A stretch of DNA of 64,000 nt from an uncultured Gemmatimonadales bacterium. Lineage in GTDB: Bacteria; Gemmatimonadota; Gemmatimonadetes; Gemmatimonadales; Gemmatimonadaceae. The stretch covers positions 2,848,001 to 2,912,000 of the forward strand of contig OY969695.1 in assembly GCA_963701965.1 (NCBI GenBank), written 5' to 3'. The translations under genes and the position numbers were made by a program. This document shows positions 40,406 through 50,469 of this stretch, piece by piece. Positions within the stretch are counted from its first letter, which is position 1, and each line of letters opens with the position of its first letter. Below the pieces are notes generated by a model. It had not been told where the DNA came from. It saw nothing but the letters and a program-made list of their open reading frames with translations, and made no database searches.

Positions 40406-42340
40406 CACAGAGACGAACGACGGACCTGTCGCGTCGGCTCAGACATACGTCGCCTCAATTGCATTTTTGTATCCGAACGTCGTGCCTCGCGTACACGTGG
40501 GGTGGTTATCTGCACCGACGGTGGCGAGTCGACCGTCCGCATCCCTTCGGAGTGCGAGCCGAGAGACGGAGGCGAATCAGCGCACCAATGCTTGTCTCGT
40601 TCCATGACACTCACTTAATGCGCACGCTCCCGGAGTCGGCTTACGCGTTTCCGAGCAGTTCGATTCCATAAGTCATTCCAGCAAAGGCGCTTCGGAGCGA
40701 TTGTTGTAGGGTTGGTGGGGTCGTGCACCGTCTTCTTATTCACCGTTTTCGCACGGCATGTCTCCTCAGCGTCACGCGTCGACGACGCCTCCGTCACATA
40801 GCGGCAGAATGTCCGGGATGAGACTCCCCACTCCTCAGCGGGAGCGTTTTTGGCGCGCATGGTTGGTCATCCCTGCGCCGTTTTCGCGGAGCTTGTGGTC
40901 CCATCGCTCTATCAGATTTTGCGATGAGCTCTAGTCGTACGAAGAAACCGCCCGGGCGTCGATATTGAAACCTCCCCCTTGTAGGTCGGTGCTCATGATC
41001 CAGGTGATTGATCGCCTGCCGCGGAGTATGACGACATGATGCCCAAGATGCAGATTGGATTAGACCTTGTTGCCGCTGCGAAGAGAGCAGAGGCCCACTT
41101 CGCGCTGAAGCTAAGGGTCGGAATACCACCAGCTGGTATCGAACTTGAGCTTCCGCTCGGCCCTGTCGCTGCTTGCTTTGCGCGCGTGCTGCGCCGCGCC
41201 CCCCGTGGCATTTTTGCCGTTCCTTGCGCCAGTGGAATCAAGCTGACCTCGTACTGCGAGGGCTTTGTAGTTATCCGACTGTGCTTGTTTCATCCAGGCA
41301 GCAAGCGGTGTCCGATTGACGAGATCACCGTTCATGGTTGGCTGTTCGGTGCTCGGCCGTTCGCCATTCAGCCGTTCTCGGTACGAGTCGATCGTGCAGG
41401 TAAGACGCGATGGACGGAGGTCGATTTGTCGCTCAAGCTCGGCGAGTCCGAGGTCAATACCATCAAGATGGTGTTGGGCAGCGAGGTCGTTGACTCGTCA
41501 GTGCTGCGTAGTTTCGGCGTGCCATATGATCAACATCTTTGGATCACCTATCGCACTAACAGGCGCGCCCAGGCCGTTGACCCAAGCTGGGTTTCAGTGC
41601 CGCGAGTGGCGATTCAAGCGGTTGGCTCATTGTCGCGCCCAGCTTCTACAGCGTAGTGATGCGCCGTGGCGCGAGAAGACCGCCACAATTCGGCGCAGGC
41701 GCACTCGCACGATTCAGGGACGCATGACCGGACCGTCGCATCGGCCAACGTGATGCTGGCTAAAAAAGTCAACTAAGGCCAACCGTCGCAAACTGCTGTT
41801 CGGGCGACGCCAATTTTGACGCCGCTAGTATTGCATCCTCCGCGGCCCTCGTGCTGCGTCACAAGTCGCACCGTTCGAATCAAAAACGTCGCAAACGCTG
41901 TAGGCGCGCGGGAATCTACTCTGACAATAGGAGTGGCTTGGAAGGCGGTATCATTGGAAAAGAGAACGGAGCAGTTGCGTCACGTCTTGCAAGGCCGGCG
42001 ACGAAAATGACTTGTGTGCGCCTGCCGCGCGTAGAGACGTGTCGTCGGGAATTCCTTTCTCCAGTGACTTGAAGCCGCGAAGCTAGTCTCCGCCCTGGCG
42101 GTACAAACGAAGTCATACGCTACGGGGGGCAATTAGTCGCTTCTTCGCATCGCTCCAAGGCCAGGCGGCGAAGTCAATCTCCGGGGACATTGCGAGCGGC
42201 TAACGATTGTCGCCCTGATTGTTCCATCATGCGACCGAGGTACACCTTCTGAATCGTCTCGGTCCCATCTTGGCGGTCGATGCACGCGCGTTCTCGGCAC
42301 ACTCCGTACACCCTGCCACACTCGCCCACAACGGACCGTA

Positions 42341-45300
42341 ATGCCAAACGCCGGCCTACGCCTAACACTCGGCGTCCTTTTTGTCACGTTCCTATCTGAC
42401 GCGACAGCGCAACCAGCGAACCAAGTCGTCCAAACGTCCTTCCTCGGGGAAACATCCGTCACCGGTGCCGGAGGAACGCTAGATCGACTGATCGATTTGG
42501 ACCTAAGAGCGGTATCCAGACGCGAGGCACTGTTGCGTATCGGAACCGCGGGCGGCGTGACGATCGGAATCAGGGTGCCTTCCGATCGTAATCTGACCGA
42601 GCCTGTTTCTCTCTACGCTCGATCCCTCACGGTCCGTGCGGCTCTCAACGCAATTCTCAAGGGGACAGGTCTTGGCGCCGAGCTGATCGGCGTCCGCGAC
42701 ATCATCATATCGGCAGATTCGGGGCGCGTTCTCACAGATCCAGACGCGTTCGGCATGATTCGTGGCAGTGTACGAGACCGCCGTACCAACGAGCAATTAG
42801 CTGGTGTCGTTGTGCGCATACGAGGGACATCGAGTCACGCGACCTCCGGTCTAGATGGGCGGTATCAGATTGGCCGCGTCATTGGGGGCGATTTGCGCGT
42901 CGAGGCCCGGCGGCTCGGTTATGCACCCGCGACGATTGCCATATCTCTGCACCCTGGCGACACTGCCACGGTGGATTTTCTTCTCAGTCCCTCCGCATAT
43001 CAACTCGACCAAGTAGTCACCACGATCACCGGTGATGCGCCGCTCTTGCAGCTCGGCAATTCCATAGGAACCATTCGCGCTGATAGCGTCGCTGCGACTC
43101 AGCCTGTCACCGATTTGTCCGACATCATCAATGCTCGCGTTCCGGGGGTGCAGGTCATTCTGAACGGTGGGCTGACGGGCGCATCGCCACAAATCAACAT
43201 TCGTGGACAAAACAGTGCGCAGCTCTCGAATCAGCCTCTGTTGTACATCGACGGCGCGCGCGTTGACAACAGCGTCAGCAACGGAGTTGGCAGCGGTCGG
43301 TCGAACGACATCAGTCCCGATGAAATTGAGTCCATTGAGATCGTCAAGGGTCCATCCGCCGCGACTCTGTACGGGACAGACGCTGCAAACGGCGTCATCG
43401 TCGTGCGGACCAAGCGAGGTGCTTCGGGGCGCCGTCTCTGGAGCGCTTACGCGGAATCGGGAACGATCACCCTCGACCGTGACCGTTTTCCAGAGAGCTA
43501 CTATCCCTGGGGAACGACCGTTGGCGGCGCACCCGCTGTCGGTCAATGCACGTTGCAGACCGGTGTCGCCACGGGTGCGTGTACCATCGATAGCGTAACG
43601 CGCTACTCACCGCTGAGGAATCTGGCCACGACGCCAATTGGCACTGGCCAAAGGCAAGCATATGGGTTGCAGCTTAGCGGCGGCGGATCGGACATGCGGT
43701 ACTTTCTTTCCGGTGCGTTCGACGACGAGACGGGTTATCTTAAGCTCCCGACCTCCGATCGGGACGCGTTTGCGGCGGAGCGCGGCGCGGACGGCTTTAG
43801 TCAAGACGACCTGCATCCCAACGGCTTGCAGCGTGCGAGCGCGCGAGAGAATGTCACCGCATCGCTGGGTCGCGATGCCGATCTTACGCTCTCTTCAAGC
43901 TTTTTAACGCAGAATTCCCGAATCCCGAATTCGCAGGTCATTGAGTTCGGTGTTTTCGGTCCTGGGTATCAAGACAGCACGGGCGGTTGGGCTCTGGGGC
44001 TGCGCCCCGCGTATTACATGCTGTCTCGAAACGATGAATCTGTCGATCATTTTACGGGTAGCGCGACGTCGAACTGGCGTCCTGCCTCCTGGCTTACCAC
44101 TCGAGCGACGGCAGGACTCGACTTCTCACTCGACTACTTGAATCAGCTCACTCGCGCCGGCGAGGGACTGCCAGGAGCGACCCAGGGTTCGCGCAACAGT
44201 TCGAAGACATCCAATACGCTTAACAGCATCGATCTCGGTGCGACGGCGTCGTTTGACTTAGCGCAATCCTTCACGTCCCGAACGTCCGTCGGTGCTCAGT
44301 ACAATCGTTCGACCTTACTGGTAACCGGCGCCGGAGCAACAAGTCTCTTACCGGGGGGAGTCGACGTATTTAGCGGAAGTACGCAATCCGCTGCCGAAGA
44401 GACGGTTGAAACCGTCGTTGCCGGTGCCTATGTCGAGCAGACGTTCGCCCTCAACGAACGACTATTCGTCACGGGGGCGGTGCGTGCCGACGGCTCTGGG
44501 AGCTTCGGGTCGGATTTTCAAACGGCGTACTATCCCAAGGGGAGTCTGTCCTGGCTGATCTCGCGTGAGTCGTTCTGGCCCGCAATTCCAGGCCTCAGTA
44601 ATCTGCGATTGCGCGCGGCGTACGGTGAAGCCGGAATCCAGCCTAGCCCGACAGCACGCCTTGCGAGAGAAGGGTACGTACAATCAATCACTGACGGCTC
44701 GCAGCAAGTTGGTGCGATTCTAACCAATGGTGCCAACCCGAATCTGAAGCCAGAGTTTCAACGCGAGTTCGAAGGCGGCTTTGATGCTGGATTCCTTGGT
44801 GGTCGAATTAATGTTGAACTCACGTACTATCAGAAGCACAGCACAGACGCGCTGAGTACTGTGCCACTGGGTCCGTCTATTGGGGGCCCATTTGGGTTCG
44901 AGACAATCAACGTGGGTTCTGTTAATAATCTGGGCTATGAAGCGCTGGTCAATGTCGTCGTTTTAAAATCACGCGACCTGGCCTTAGATCTTACAGCCAA
45001 CGGCTCGATCAATCACAACAAGCTTGTCCGTCTTGAATCGGGAGTCGTTGCTGGACTACCCGCCACGGGTGCGGCCACCAATGTTGCCGGGTATCCTGTT
45101 TCCTCGCTCTTTGACTACCCTATCACCCGCTTTTCCGACGCGAACCACAATGGGATCATCGACCCGTCTGAGATCACGCTCGGATCGTCACCTGTGTTTA
45201 TGGGTCAGACCTATCCCAAGACGCAGTTGACGGTGGGAGGCACGGTCGGTCTCCTGAATAACCACGTTCGCCTGAACGCCCAGCTCGACTATCGCGGTGG

Positions 45301-45688
45301 GTTCGTCATTCTCAATCAAGCCGCCGAATTCGGCTGTCTTCTAGGCTTCTGTAGAGCTACCAGTGTCGTAGGGAGCGATCTCCGCGACCAAGCGGCGGCG
45401 AGCGCCATTTTCACGGGACCCGGGAGTGCCGTTGGATACTATCAAGACGGCTCTTTCACGCGGTTGCGCGAAGTGTCGGTGACCTTCTCCATTCCCGACG
45501 GCATCGCGCGGCGACTACGTACCCGCACGCTTAGCGTGACGCTCGCTGGGCGAAACCTGGCACTGTGGACCAAGTACACGGGTCCCGACCCCGAGGTCAG
45601 CACCGCGGTCGGCGATCACTCATTTAATGATCAAGGGGCCGTACCGCCTGGGACGTACTGGATCGCTCGCGTCAACCTTGGTCTGTAG
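42341..45688 (+). CDS. SusC/RagA-family TonB-dependent receptor with N-terminal STN-like and carboxypeptidase-regulatory-like domains
   Basis: INIRGQNS...PLLYIDG, DISPDEIESIEIVKGPSAATLYGTDAANGVIVVRTKRG, NPNLKPE, YTGPDPE. Confidence 0.93.
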   Translation: MPNAGLRLTLGVLFVTFLSDATAQPANQVVQTSFLGETSVTGAGGTLDRLIDLDLRAVSRREALLRIGTAGGVTIGIRVPSDRNLTEPVSLYARSLTVRAALNAILKGTGLGAELIGVRDIIISADSGRVLTDPDAFGMIRGSVRDRRTNEQLAGVVVRIRGTSSHATSGLDGRYQIGRVIGGDLRVEARRLGYAPATIAISLHPGDTATVDFLLSPSAYQLDQVVTTITGDAPLLQLGNSIGTIRADSVAATQPVTDLSDIINARVPGVQVILNGGLTGASPQINIRGQNSAQLSNQPLLYIDGARVDNSVSNGVGSGRSNDISPDEIESIEIVKGPSAATLYGTDAANGVIVVRTKRGASGRRLWSAYAESGTITLDRDRFPESYYPWGTTVGGAPAVGQCTLQTGVATGACTIDSVTRYSPLRNLATTPIGTGQRQAYGLQLSGGGSDMRYFLSGAFDDETGYLKLPTSDRDAFAAERGADGFSQDDLHPNGLQRASARENVTASLGRDADLTLSSSFLTQNSRIPNSQVIEFGVFGPGYQDSTGGWALGLRPAYYMLSRNDESVDHFTGSATSNWRPASWLTTRATAGLDFSLDYLNQLTRAGEGLPGATQGSRNSSKTSNTLNSIDLGATASFDLAQSFTSRTSVGAQYNRSTLLVTGAGATSLLPGGVDVFSGSTQSAAEETVETVVAGAYVEQTFALNERLFVTGAVRADGSGSFGSDFQTAYYPKGSLSWLISRESFWPAIPGLSNLRLRAAYGEAGIQPSPTARLAREGYVQSITDGSQQVGAILTNGANPNLKPEFQREFEGGFDAGFLGGRINVELTYYQKHSTDALSTVPLGPSIGGPFGFETINVGSVNNLGYEALVNVVVLKSRDLALDLTANGSINHNKLVRLESGVVAGLPATGAATNVAGYPVSSLFDYPITRFSDANHNGIIDPSEITLGSSPVFMGQTYPKTQLTVGGTVGLLNNHVRLNAQLDYRGGFVILNQAAEFGCLLGFCRATSVVGSDLRDQAAASAIFTGPGSAVGYYQDGSFTRLREVSVTFSIPDGIARRLRTRTLSVTLAGRNLALWTKYTGPDPEVSTAVGDHSFNDQGAVPPGTYWIARVNLGL

Positions 45689-45825
45689 AGCAATTGCCGC
45701 GGTGCGTGCTCAACGCTCCGCGTTGCTCGTTACCAACGAATCCCGTCGCAATGGGCGAGTGACCCCCAATCATGTGGTGGCACTCTTCACACAGTGGAAC
45801 CATCTCCTCTAACGGATATCGCGGC

Positions 45826-47121
45826 ATGATCGCACACTTTTGGATTCGCGTAAGCAGGTCACGCGGACGTGCCTCGGCGGCGCTAATGGTCATAGCCATC
45901 TTGGCCGGCTGCGACATAACTCACGTGGCATCGCCAAATGTGGTTACTCCGAGTCAATTTCAAAACGACACGGGTGCGCTCACGCTGCGTGCGGGAGCAA
46001 TTGCCGCCTTTGCTCAGGCATACAGCGACCAGATCGTAATGGCCGGCCTATTGTCGGATGAACTCACCGATCTCACAGGCAGTTTTAAGGCGGATCAGAG
46101 AATAATCGCGACCAACGGGAGCTTGGGGTCGAACTATCCTTATGATGAACTGAGTGGCGCGCGAATCAACGCGCTTTTGGCAATTCATGCGTTGGAACTG
46201 TATAGTCCATCTTCACGTCCTCAGATAGCCGAACTATTTGCGTATCTTGGGAATGTTGAGGTGTTCTTCGCCGAGAACATGTGCTCTGGGGTTCCTCTCG
46301 GAGTACTCGTTGCTGGCAATCCGAGCTATGGAAAGACCTTGTCGCGCCAGCAGTTGCTACAGCGAGCACTGGCTGATCTCGACTCTGCCTCACACTTCTC
46401 GGCCGCAAACGATTCCATAGCTAATCTTGCTCGGATTGCCCGCGCTCGTGCCTTGCTCGACTCGAACCTCGATCTTGCCAGTCGAGCCGCTCAAGTTGCG
46501 GATTCGGTGGGTGAGGGATTCGCTTACAGTACATCGTACGGCAATATCCCGAATCAACAGAACACGGTGTTTGGGGCGTTGAACTTGCGGGGTGTCGCAT
46601 CACTATCCGACCGCGAAGGTATCAATGGTCTGGATTTCATTAGCGCAAACGACCCAAGAGTGCCGCGCGACAGCCTTGGACCTGGAAGGTTTGGGATACT
46701 CAGCGATTCCAGTGTAAGCGCGCCGATCAAGCTCGCGAGTTGGATCGAGGCTCGACTCATTCGGGCTGAGGCCGATCTTCACGCTGGCAATGCGTCGGCT
46801 TGGCTAGCAGATCTCAATGCCTTGCGTGGCGACTCTGCCACCACTGGAGTTCCCGGTCTAATGCCGCTGGCAGATCCCGGCTCCAGCAATGCGCGCATAG
46901 ACCTCATGTTCCGTGAGCGTGCATTCTGGCTGTTCGGGTCCGGCCACCGACAGGGTGACTTACGACGCCTCGTCAGGCAATACAAGAGGCAAACGGAATC
47001 CGTGTTTCCTACGGGGCAATATCGGAATGGACCACAGCGGTACGGTACGGACGTCGTATTTGTACCGTTCGGCGAATCGAATAATCCAAACTTCGCGGGA
47101 TGCTTCGATCGTCTTCCGTAG
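45826..47121 (+). CDS. SusD/RagB-like outer-membrane lipoprotein
   Basis: Lipobox LAGC; GLLSDE; EARLIRAEA; ERAFWLFGSGHRQGDLRRL; directly after susC. Confidence 0.88.
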   Translation: MIAHFWIRVSRSRGRASAALMVIAILAGCDITHVASPNVVTPSQFQNDTGALTLRAGAIAAFAQAYSDQIVMAGLLSDELTDLTGSFKADQRIIATNGSLGSNYPYDELSGARINALLAIHALELYSPSSRPQIAELFAYLGNVEVFFAENMCSGVPLGVLVAGNPSYGKTLSRQQLLQRALADLDSASHFSAANDSIANLARIARARALLDSNLDLASRAAQVADSVGEGFAYSTSYGNIPNQQNTVFGALNLRGVASLSDREGINGLDFISANDPRVPRDSLGPGRFGILSDSSVSAPIKLASWIEARLIRAEADLHAGNASAWLADLNALRGDSATTGVPGLMPLADPGSSNARIDLMFRERAFWLFGSGHRQGDLRRLVRQYKRQTESVFPTGQYRNGPQRYGTDVVFVPFGESNNPNFAGCFDRLP

Positions 47122-47133
47122 AACCCCCATCAA

Positions 47134-49752
47134 ATGCGCTGCAAAGTGTTTGGGTCCTATCTGATATTGGCGGGCTGCTCAATGCAAGCATTGGGCGCGC
47201 AGTCGTCGCTTGGTACCAGCCATCCAACAACCATAGAGGATCTTCTCGTACAAGAGCAGGTCAGCCAAATCGCTCCTTCTCCGGACGGGCGCTGGATTGC
47301 CGTAGTTGTGGACCGAGCGAGGACAGCGAGCGAGTTCTACAGGTCATATAGCAATGACGTGCATGAACGGGGTGACGTGTGGCTGTTCGCTGTTAACGAC
47401 ACGGCCGGCCGCAATCTGACACATGGAGCCGCTCGAGGTGCTGGCTATTGGAGTCCCGTGTGGTCAGCCAGCGGTGATCGAATAGCAATGCTGTCCACCG
47501 AAGGGCGAGACAATGTTCGACTGTTGGTCTGGAGACTGTCCGACAATAGTCTCTCGCGTCTAAGTGATCGCGGTGTGGACCTTAATGCAGATTTCGGAGA
47601 GGGCGGCGGCATACCTCGCCGTTTCCAGTGGTTGGGTGACACAGCAATAGCTTTTGTCGCACTCCCCCCGGGTGAGGCGCCGATCACCTATGGCTACCTC
47701 ACGCAAATGCAGCGCGCCGCTACAACAATGTGGCCAATGGCGGAGCGAGGCGAATTGCCGACGCGCCGTGTATTCAATGTCGGCCCAGGCGCACCACCTC
47801 CTCCAGTGCCTTCGGCCCAATTGTTCGTGGTAGGTGTCTCCAATTCACGACTACGCTCTACTGGAACGTTCCCAGTGGTTGGCCTGGAACAACATCAGAT
47901 TGCCATGTCGCCCACGGGCCGCGCTGTAGCGGTCATTACACAGACTGCGTCCTATACACCAGACCGCTACCCCGTCACAGACAGTCGTGGCTTGGGCACA
48001 TGGCGACTTGGTGTTGCCCGATTGGATTCGTCCGAAGCAATACACTGGAGTTCAATCAATGTCCGGAAGCGCTCCTTCGATACACGGCAAATACGGCCAC
48101 GATGGTCAAGTGATGAGCGGTCCGTTGCGGCTATTGGCTACTCAAACGAAGCCGACAGCGCATCCGGTGTGGCGTATCTCATCTCTGCTTCGACTGGTAA
48201 AGCCGCGCGGCTCACGCCGGATAGTGAGGACGTCTCCGATCTAAGGTGGTCACCCGCTGGCTTCCTCGCTTACGCTGGAGTGCGAGCTCGCGGTTCGTTC
48301 GGGATGAGGATGCCGTCAGGCGCCGATTCATTGGTTGTCCCGACGCGTCGAGACTGGCTGCTAGTTCGCTCCGACAATGCGCGACCGACAAACATTACGT
48401 GGACGTTCGCGAACGTGTCACGCGACCTGCTGGTGTCTCGTGTCGGTGCGCAAGTGTACTTAGCTTCTGCTGGCGCGCTCTGGGCTATTGATCTCAACAC
48501 CGCCCACGCTCGTCGACTGACAGATACGTCAGTGTTCATGGCACAATCCATCCTGTGGCCTGACCCGACGACCGAGCGTGCGGGTTCAATACGCGAAGTC
48601 GTTGCGAGTACTCATTCGCGACTCCGGGTCGACGATCCAAGGCTGGTGTCGACTTTCACACGTGCGTCGGCGCCCGATGGCGTATGGTGTGTTGACGTGT
48701 CAGTCGGCCTGAACTCTGGCGCGGATCGTCCCGTGCTCATGCCGACGTCGGATGCAATCTTTCGCGATTTCATTCCCGCGAACCGTACTGCCGTCGTGAC
48801 CGCCGACCGTTGGGCCGGACAGCAAACTGTTTGGATTTCCGACATTTACCGAGCGCGCGTTGACACCGTGTTGTCCCTCAATCGCGAAGCGAACGCCCTA
48901 ATCGGGGCGCGCCGGATGTCGATCACCTATCTAGGCGCGGATGGCGATAGCTTGGGCGGCACGATTACGCTGCCCGTAAATTATGTCGCCGGCAGACGTT
49001 ACCCCCTCGTCGTAGACGTCTATGGCGGTACGTCTGCTGGTTCTGCCGATACGGTGGCGGAGTCGCCGAATCTCCTGGCAGCTCACGGATATGCGGTGCT
49101 CACTCCAAGTATGCCCTTGTCACATGCCGGCGAAATGTCCGACCCGTATATCGACATGCCTAAAGGCGTCATCGGCGCCGTCGACAAGGCAATCGCTATA
49201 GGGGTAGCTGACCCGGCGCGACTAGCACTCTTTGGTCACAGCTACGGCGGCTACAGCGTAATGTCGATACTGGCCTATACGCATCGCTTCCAAACGGCCA
49301 TTTCCTATGCGGGATTTGCCGATCTACTAAGTCTCTACGGCACACTCTCAGCCCCGTACCGTTATACATCTCAGGCTGCAGACGCGACGTTATTTCCGTG
49401 GTATTTGACTGAGGGAGGGGGAGCTCGCATGGGAGCTCCACCATGGTCCGACATGTGGCGCTATTGGCGCAATAGTCCCATCAGCTATCTGGACCGAATT
49501 CGCACGCCACTGCTCCTCATACATGGCGATGTCGATCCTAACGTACCGGTTGGACAAGCTGAGGAAGTTTTTAGCGGTTTGTACCGGCTCGGTGGAAGGG
49601 TGCGTTTCATTCAGTATAGCGGCGAAGGTCACGGTATAAATTCGCCTGCGAATATGCGCGACTTTTGGCACGAGGTCTTTGGCTGGCTCGACTCATTCCT
49701 GCTACCGAAAGCCACGTTGCAAGGCAAGGATTCGCACTTGGGCACGTCGTGA
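47134..49752 (+). CDS. Secreted S9 (prolyl-oligopeptidase family) peptidase; candidate lasso-peptide isopeptidase
   Basis: Signal peptide; SPDGRW; GHSYGG, IHGDVD, GEGH catalytic triad; adjacent to the lasso precursors. Confidence 0.85.
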   Translation: MRCKVFGSYLILAGCSMQALGAQSSLGTSHPTTIEDLLVQEQVSQIAPSPDGRWIAVVVDRARTASEFYRSYSNDVHERGDVWLFAVNDTAGRNLTHGAARGAGYWSPVWSASGDRIAMLSTEGRDNVRLLVWRLSDNSLSRLSDRGVDLNADFGEGGGIPRRFQWLGDTAIAFVALPPGEAPITYGYLTQMQRAATTMWPMAERGELPTRRVFNVGPGAPPPPVPSAQLFVVGVSNSRLRSTGTFPVVGLEQHQIAMSPTGRAVAVITQTASYTPDRYPVTDSRGLGTWRLGVARLDSSEAIHWSSINVRKRSFDTRQIRPRWSSDERSVAAIGYSNEADSASGVAYLISASTGKAARLTPDSEDVSDLRWSPAGFLAYAGVRARGSFGMRMPSGADSLVVPTRRDWLLVRSDNARPTNITWTFANVSRDLLVSRVGAQVYLASAGALWAIDLNTAHARRLTDTSVFMAQSILWPDPTTERAGSIREVVASTHSRLRVDDPRLVSTFTRASAPDGVWCVDVSVGLNSGADRPVLMPTSDAIFRDFIPANRTAVVTADRWAGQQTVWISDIYRARVDTVLSLNREANALIGARRMSITYLGADGDSLGGTITLPVNYVAGRRYPLVVDVYGGTSAGSADTVAESPNLLAAHGYAVLTPSMPLSHAGEMSDPYIDMPKGVIGAVDKAIAIGVADPARLALFGHSYGGYSVMSILAYTHRFQTAISYAGFADLLSLYGTLSAPYRYTSQAADATLFPWYLTEGGGARMGAPPWSDMWRYWRNSPISYLDRIRTPLLLIHGDVDPNVPVGQAEEVFSGLYRLGGRVRFIQYSGEGHGINSPANMRDFWHEVFGWLDSFLLPKATLQGKDSHLGTS

Positions 49753-49880
49753 GTTCCAATGCCCCCGACGCAGGCCGTCTCTTGTCTCTGCTTACAACGC
49801 GGCGGCCGCGAGCTCAGATGACGAGAAGACTTGCTCACGCAACGCTACTGCGGCCAGTTGCTAGTTGCGCTTGGGAGAGC

Positions 49881-50063
49881 TTACGATCCCACTGTCGTGT
49901 CAGGCGCTTCCACGTCGTCTTCGAACGTCATGCCCGGCGGATTATCGACATAAACCCGAGCTGTAAGGCTACCTACCTCATGGCTCATCGAGAAAGGCCC
50001 ACCGAGCGTTCGCTTGCATGCAGATCCGTGGTCGGTAATGTGAGGTGCCACGTAGGCTCGCAA
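49881..50063 (-). CDS. Lasso peptide precursor A2 (60 aa, TTG start)
   Basis: GAGGG RBS; MRAYVAPHITDHGSACKRTL|GGPFSMSHEVGSLTARVYVDNPPGMTFEDDVEAPDTTVGS; YxxP, G, Thr(-2), Gly1, Glu9. Confidence 0.85.
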   Translation of the reverse strand: MRAYVAPHITDHGSACKRTLGGPFSMSHEVGSLTARVYVDNPPGMTFEDDVEAPDTTVGS

Positions 50064-50245
50064 AACCCTCTGTTCTTGGTTTAGTCCTCGCCGATCGACT
50101 GTTTGCTTCACGCGTCCGATTCTCCCAGGGGTATATAAGGTCAGTTCGGGCAATGCGTGATCGCCGACTGCAGTAGTGGGATCTGGCCAAGGTTTGTTCA
50201 CCTGCAATCGGCGATCACGTCCGCGCTAGCTTAGGTTCTGCGAGA

Positions 50246-50428
50246 TTACGATCCCACGGTCGTATCAGCCGCCTGAACGCCGTTCTCGAGCGTCATGCCC
50301 GGCGGGCTGTCAACATCGGCATGTCCCGTCAGGCTACCGGTTTCATGCGTCTGGCTAGCCAGGGATCCGAAAGTCTTGGCGACCACGCTGCCATGGTCGG
50401 TAAACCGGGGAGAATTGTACGCCTTCAT
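50246..50428 (-). CDS. Lasso peptide precursor A1 (60 aa)
   Basis: GGAGG RBS; MKAYNSPRFTDHGSVVAKTF|GSLASQTHETGSLTGHADVDSPPGMTLENGVQAADTTVGS; YxxP, G, Thr(-2), Gly1, Glu9. Confidence 0.9.
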   Translation of the reverse strand: MKAYNSPRFTDHGSVVAKTFGSLASQTHETGSLTGHADVDSPPGMTLENGVQAADTTVGS

Positions 50429-50469
50429 GTTACACCTCCGTGCCGAAAATTGTGATTTGCCGTCCACTA

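Noticed and set aside
41036..41656. 206-aa plus-strand ORF as a real gene
   Set aside because: No recognisable motif or clear RBS; it may be the shadow of a decayed minus-strand gene.
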